A stretch of DNA of 63,721 bases, the filler included, from Choristocarpus tenellus KU-1152 (taxonomy: Eukaryota; Protista; Phaeophyceae): assembly GCA_964200185.2 (NCBI GenBank). It is 10 parts of 10 records of this genome, joined end to end, with 100 filler letters (N's around TTAATTAATTAA, not from the genome) between each part and the next. Parts side by side here need not be neighbours in the genome. Positions count along the whole stretch, not along the records: positions 54,858 to 63,721 come from CAXNAD020004247.1; 9 more parts are not named here. One strand, 5' to 3'. Of this stretch, positions 61,785-63,721 are shown piece after piece (the first letter of the stretch is position 1; every line of letters starts with the position of its first letter). The translations under genes and the position numbers were made by a program. The notes beneath the pieces are model-generated. The model did not search any database, had not been told where the DNA came from, and was given only the letters and a program-made list of their open reading frames with translations.

Positions 61785-63721
61785 ATGACGGTCTTGAGCA
61801 CCTTGCTCGCTCGTGCTCGGCACCTTAGAGTTGTTGAGCTGAGCCGTTCGTTGACAAGTAGCCATGGACGGTATGGGATGGCTGCCCTTTCTATGCGCCT
61901 GGAGGAACATCAGTACTGGAATGGATTTAGTGGGAGGGGCTTATTGGTGGGTGCAGGACTAGCACTGGCAGTTGGTACACAACTGGAATCGGATCCTGTA
62001 GAGGCTTGCGGTATTCTTGGGGTTGTGGGTCATGGAAGCGCACCAGCGGATGCCCGGGCGTTCTTGTTGGAGGTGAGGATCGTTCAAGGCTGCACATATA
62101 TCTTACATATGTTCTTGACAGAGAGGTGTCAGCAGTAGCATTTCACGAGGCAAGGGCCCACAAGACAAGATGCTATGGGCATCTTTCACAGATGCTCCAC
62201 TAAAACCAACTTCAGGGTCGGTTATGTACATTTGCGACAAGATAGAGGGTTGTGCAGAAGCCCTTCATGATAGGCTGCACGTTAGTAGATCCTGCGAGAA
62301 TTTTGCGTAGGCTTGAATCTCTGCAGCACTAGGGATGGAACCTTGACTATCCCTCCACTGGATGCATTGAATCGTCAAGGGTTCCTAGCCCATCGATCCC
62401 TCATGACTGACCTGAGTGTAGCCCACAGGTACCTCCAATACCTTAGTAGCTCCGATCAGAGCATCCTGGCAAAGAACAACACTTCCTCGGCGCAGTTATA
62501 TTGCATCAGTCCTTTGCTTTTGACATTCACAATAAAGCAATCAAGTTGATCTTTCGTGTTATCCATGCTCCCCTTAGCATCCACTGTCTACGGACATATG
62601 GCATCGAGAGATTAATAGATGGGGATCTTCCCTTCCCCCAACTGTTCTACCTGACGAAACCAGGGGCTGTCAATCCTCCGTAACCGAGGCTACGACTCTG
62701 CAGGGGTGGCCACAATCGATCACGACGATGAACTGGTTGTGACCAAGTTCGCTTCCAGGGGAAACTCGGCGGATAGCATGGAGCTGCTCAAGGTCAACTC
62801 GAACCAGAACGCGAACCATCGCGTGGGCATCGCACACACACGTTGGGCTACTCATGGTGAGCAGCTGGTGGTGGAATACCTGAGTAGAAGATGGCAGTTG
62901 GGGAACGCATTGATGTCCCACTGCAGAAAAAAACATCCAGGCTGAAGATTCTAAGTTTGTTTTAACACATTGCCTTTGTTGGGCTACTGCCTTCTCCTGA
63001 AATTTTTTTCGGAGGGTGTTGTCATTGCACATCGGAAAAGGGACTATTGGTACATATTTTTGTGCGGATCTCCTCGTCCCCTTCAGTTTTTTTAACATCA
63101 ACATGAAATCCAAACGTTGGCATGATGTGCCACAACACAATGATCAACTAGTGAAATGTAAGTCGCATCAATGCCTCCGTGTCCCTCCAAGGCCGCTGCT
63201 GCATTCCTGGTGTAAGATACTGAATGTCTCAGCGAATGACACGACAATCTTAATTTAAACAGTACCTCCGCCTTGTGGTGCCTCGCTTTTTTCAAAAAGG
63301 TGGTAAGACAGACAAGAATGCCCACCCCCACATGGACTTCAACAATCGCATTGCGCTGGTCCACAACGGAACAATAAATAACGCCACAGAGCTCCGTCGT
63401 GAGTTGGAGGACAAAGGGGTTGAGTTCCGATCAGAGACTGACAGTGAGGTAATGGTGATATTATACATCATCAATGGGGATATGGACAGCACAATTTTGG
63501 ATGGGTTTCAGTCCCACTTATGTGGCATAGGATGTACTTGAGGGTTGCCCTCATAGACTTGAGGCGACTGGTGTATTGCATCCTGTTTTTGTAGCAGCTA
63601 TTGATGTCAGATTTGTAATGGTGTGTGCAGGCACAGCACAACACCACACAGTGGTTCAACCTTATCGGTTACCTCATCCCCCCCGCCCCCAACACGCACG
63701 CCCCTTGTCCCTTTAAGGTTA
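61785..63721 (+). CDS. GFPT: Glutamine:fructose-6-phosphate aminotransferase (GFAT), 5' part; exons 61785-62072, 62664-62856, 63300-63448, next exon probably starting 63718
   Basis: CGILGVVG...[22 protein letters not shown]...[22 protein letters not shown]...[19 protein letters not shown]...FRSETDSE-V: full class-II glutaminase signatures; phase-consistent GT-AG introns. Confidence 0.96.

Noticed and set aside
43506-63721. Sugar-metabolism cluster (transporter + GFAT)
   Set aside because: 16 kb apart, separated by unrelated genes and several artificial joins; likely different nucleotide sugars.

Overview
Eukaryotic, intron-rich and transposon-rich draft scaffold; gene architecture and TE complement suggest a brown alga or related stramenopile (inference, not proven). 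Nine 100-nt N44-TTAATTAATTAA-N44 joins are assembly spacers, and there are three other N gaps. Spliced host genes I could reconstruct by hand: the 3' end of an EF-hand (CDPK-like) gene (-), an HSF-type transcription factor carrying an in-frame stop (-), an LRR protein (+), the 3' end of a nucleotide-sugar transporter (+), the 3' end of a TrmA/TRMT2-family methyltransferase (-), an unknown protein (-), and the 5' part of glutamine:fructose-6-phosphate aminotransferase (GFAT, +) head-to-head with it. The remainder is mostly decayed mobile DNA: a plant-type mariner, a pogo/Tigger derivative, two copia elements, solo LTRs, a cluster of CRE/R2-like restriction-endonuclease LINEs, an RTE-like LINE, and three MITE families with a shared terminal motif. 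Most notable: the GFAT catalytic Cys lies behind a 74-aa mitochondrial-type bipartite presequence; a 31-nt intron is needed to make the neighbouring gene read through; and a ~200-bp repeat with a protein-coding substitution pattern is unidentified. All family assignments come from remembered motifs; no database search was run.
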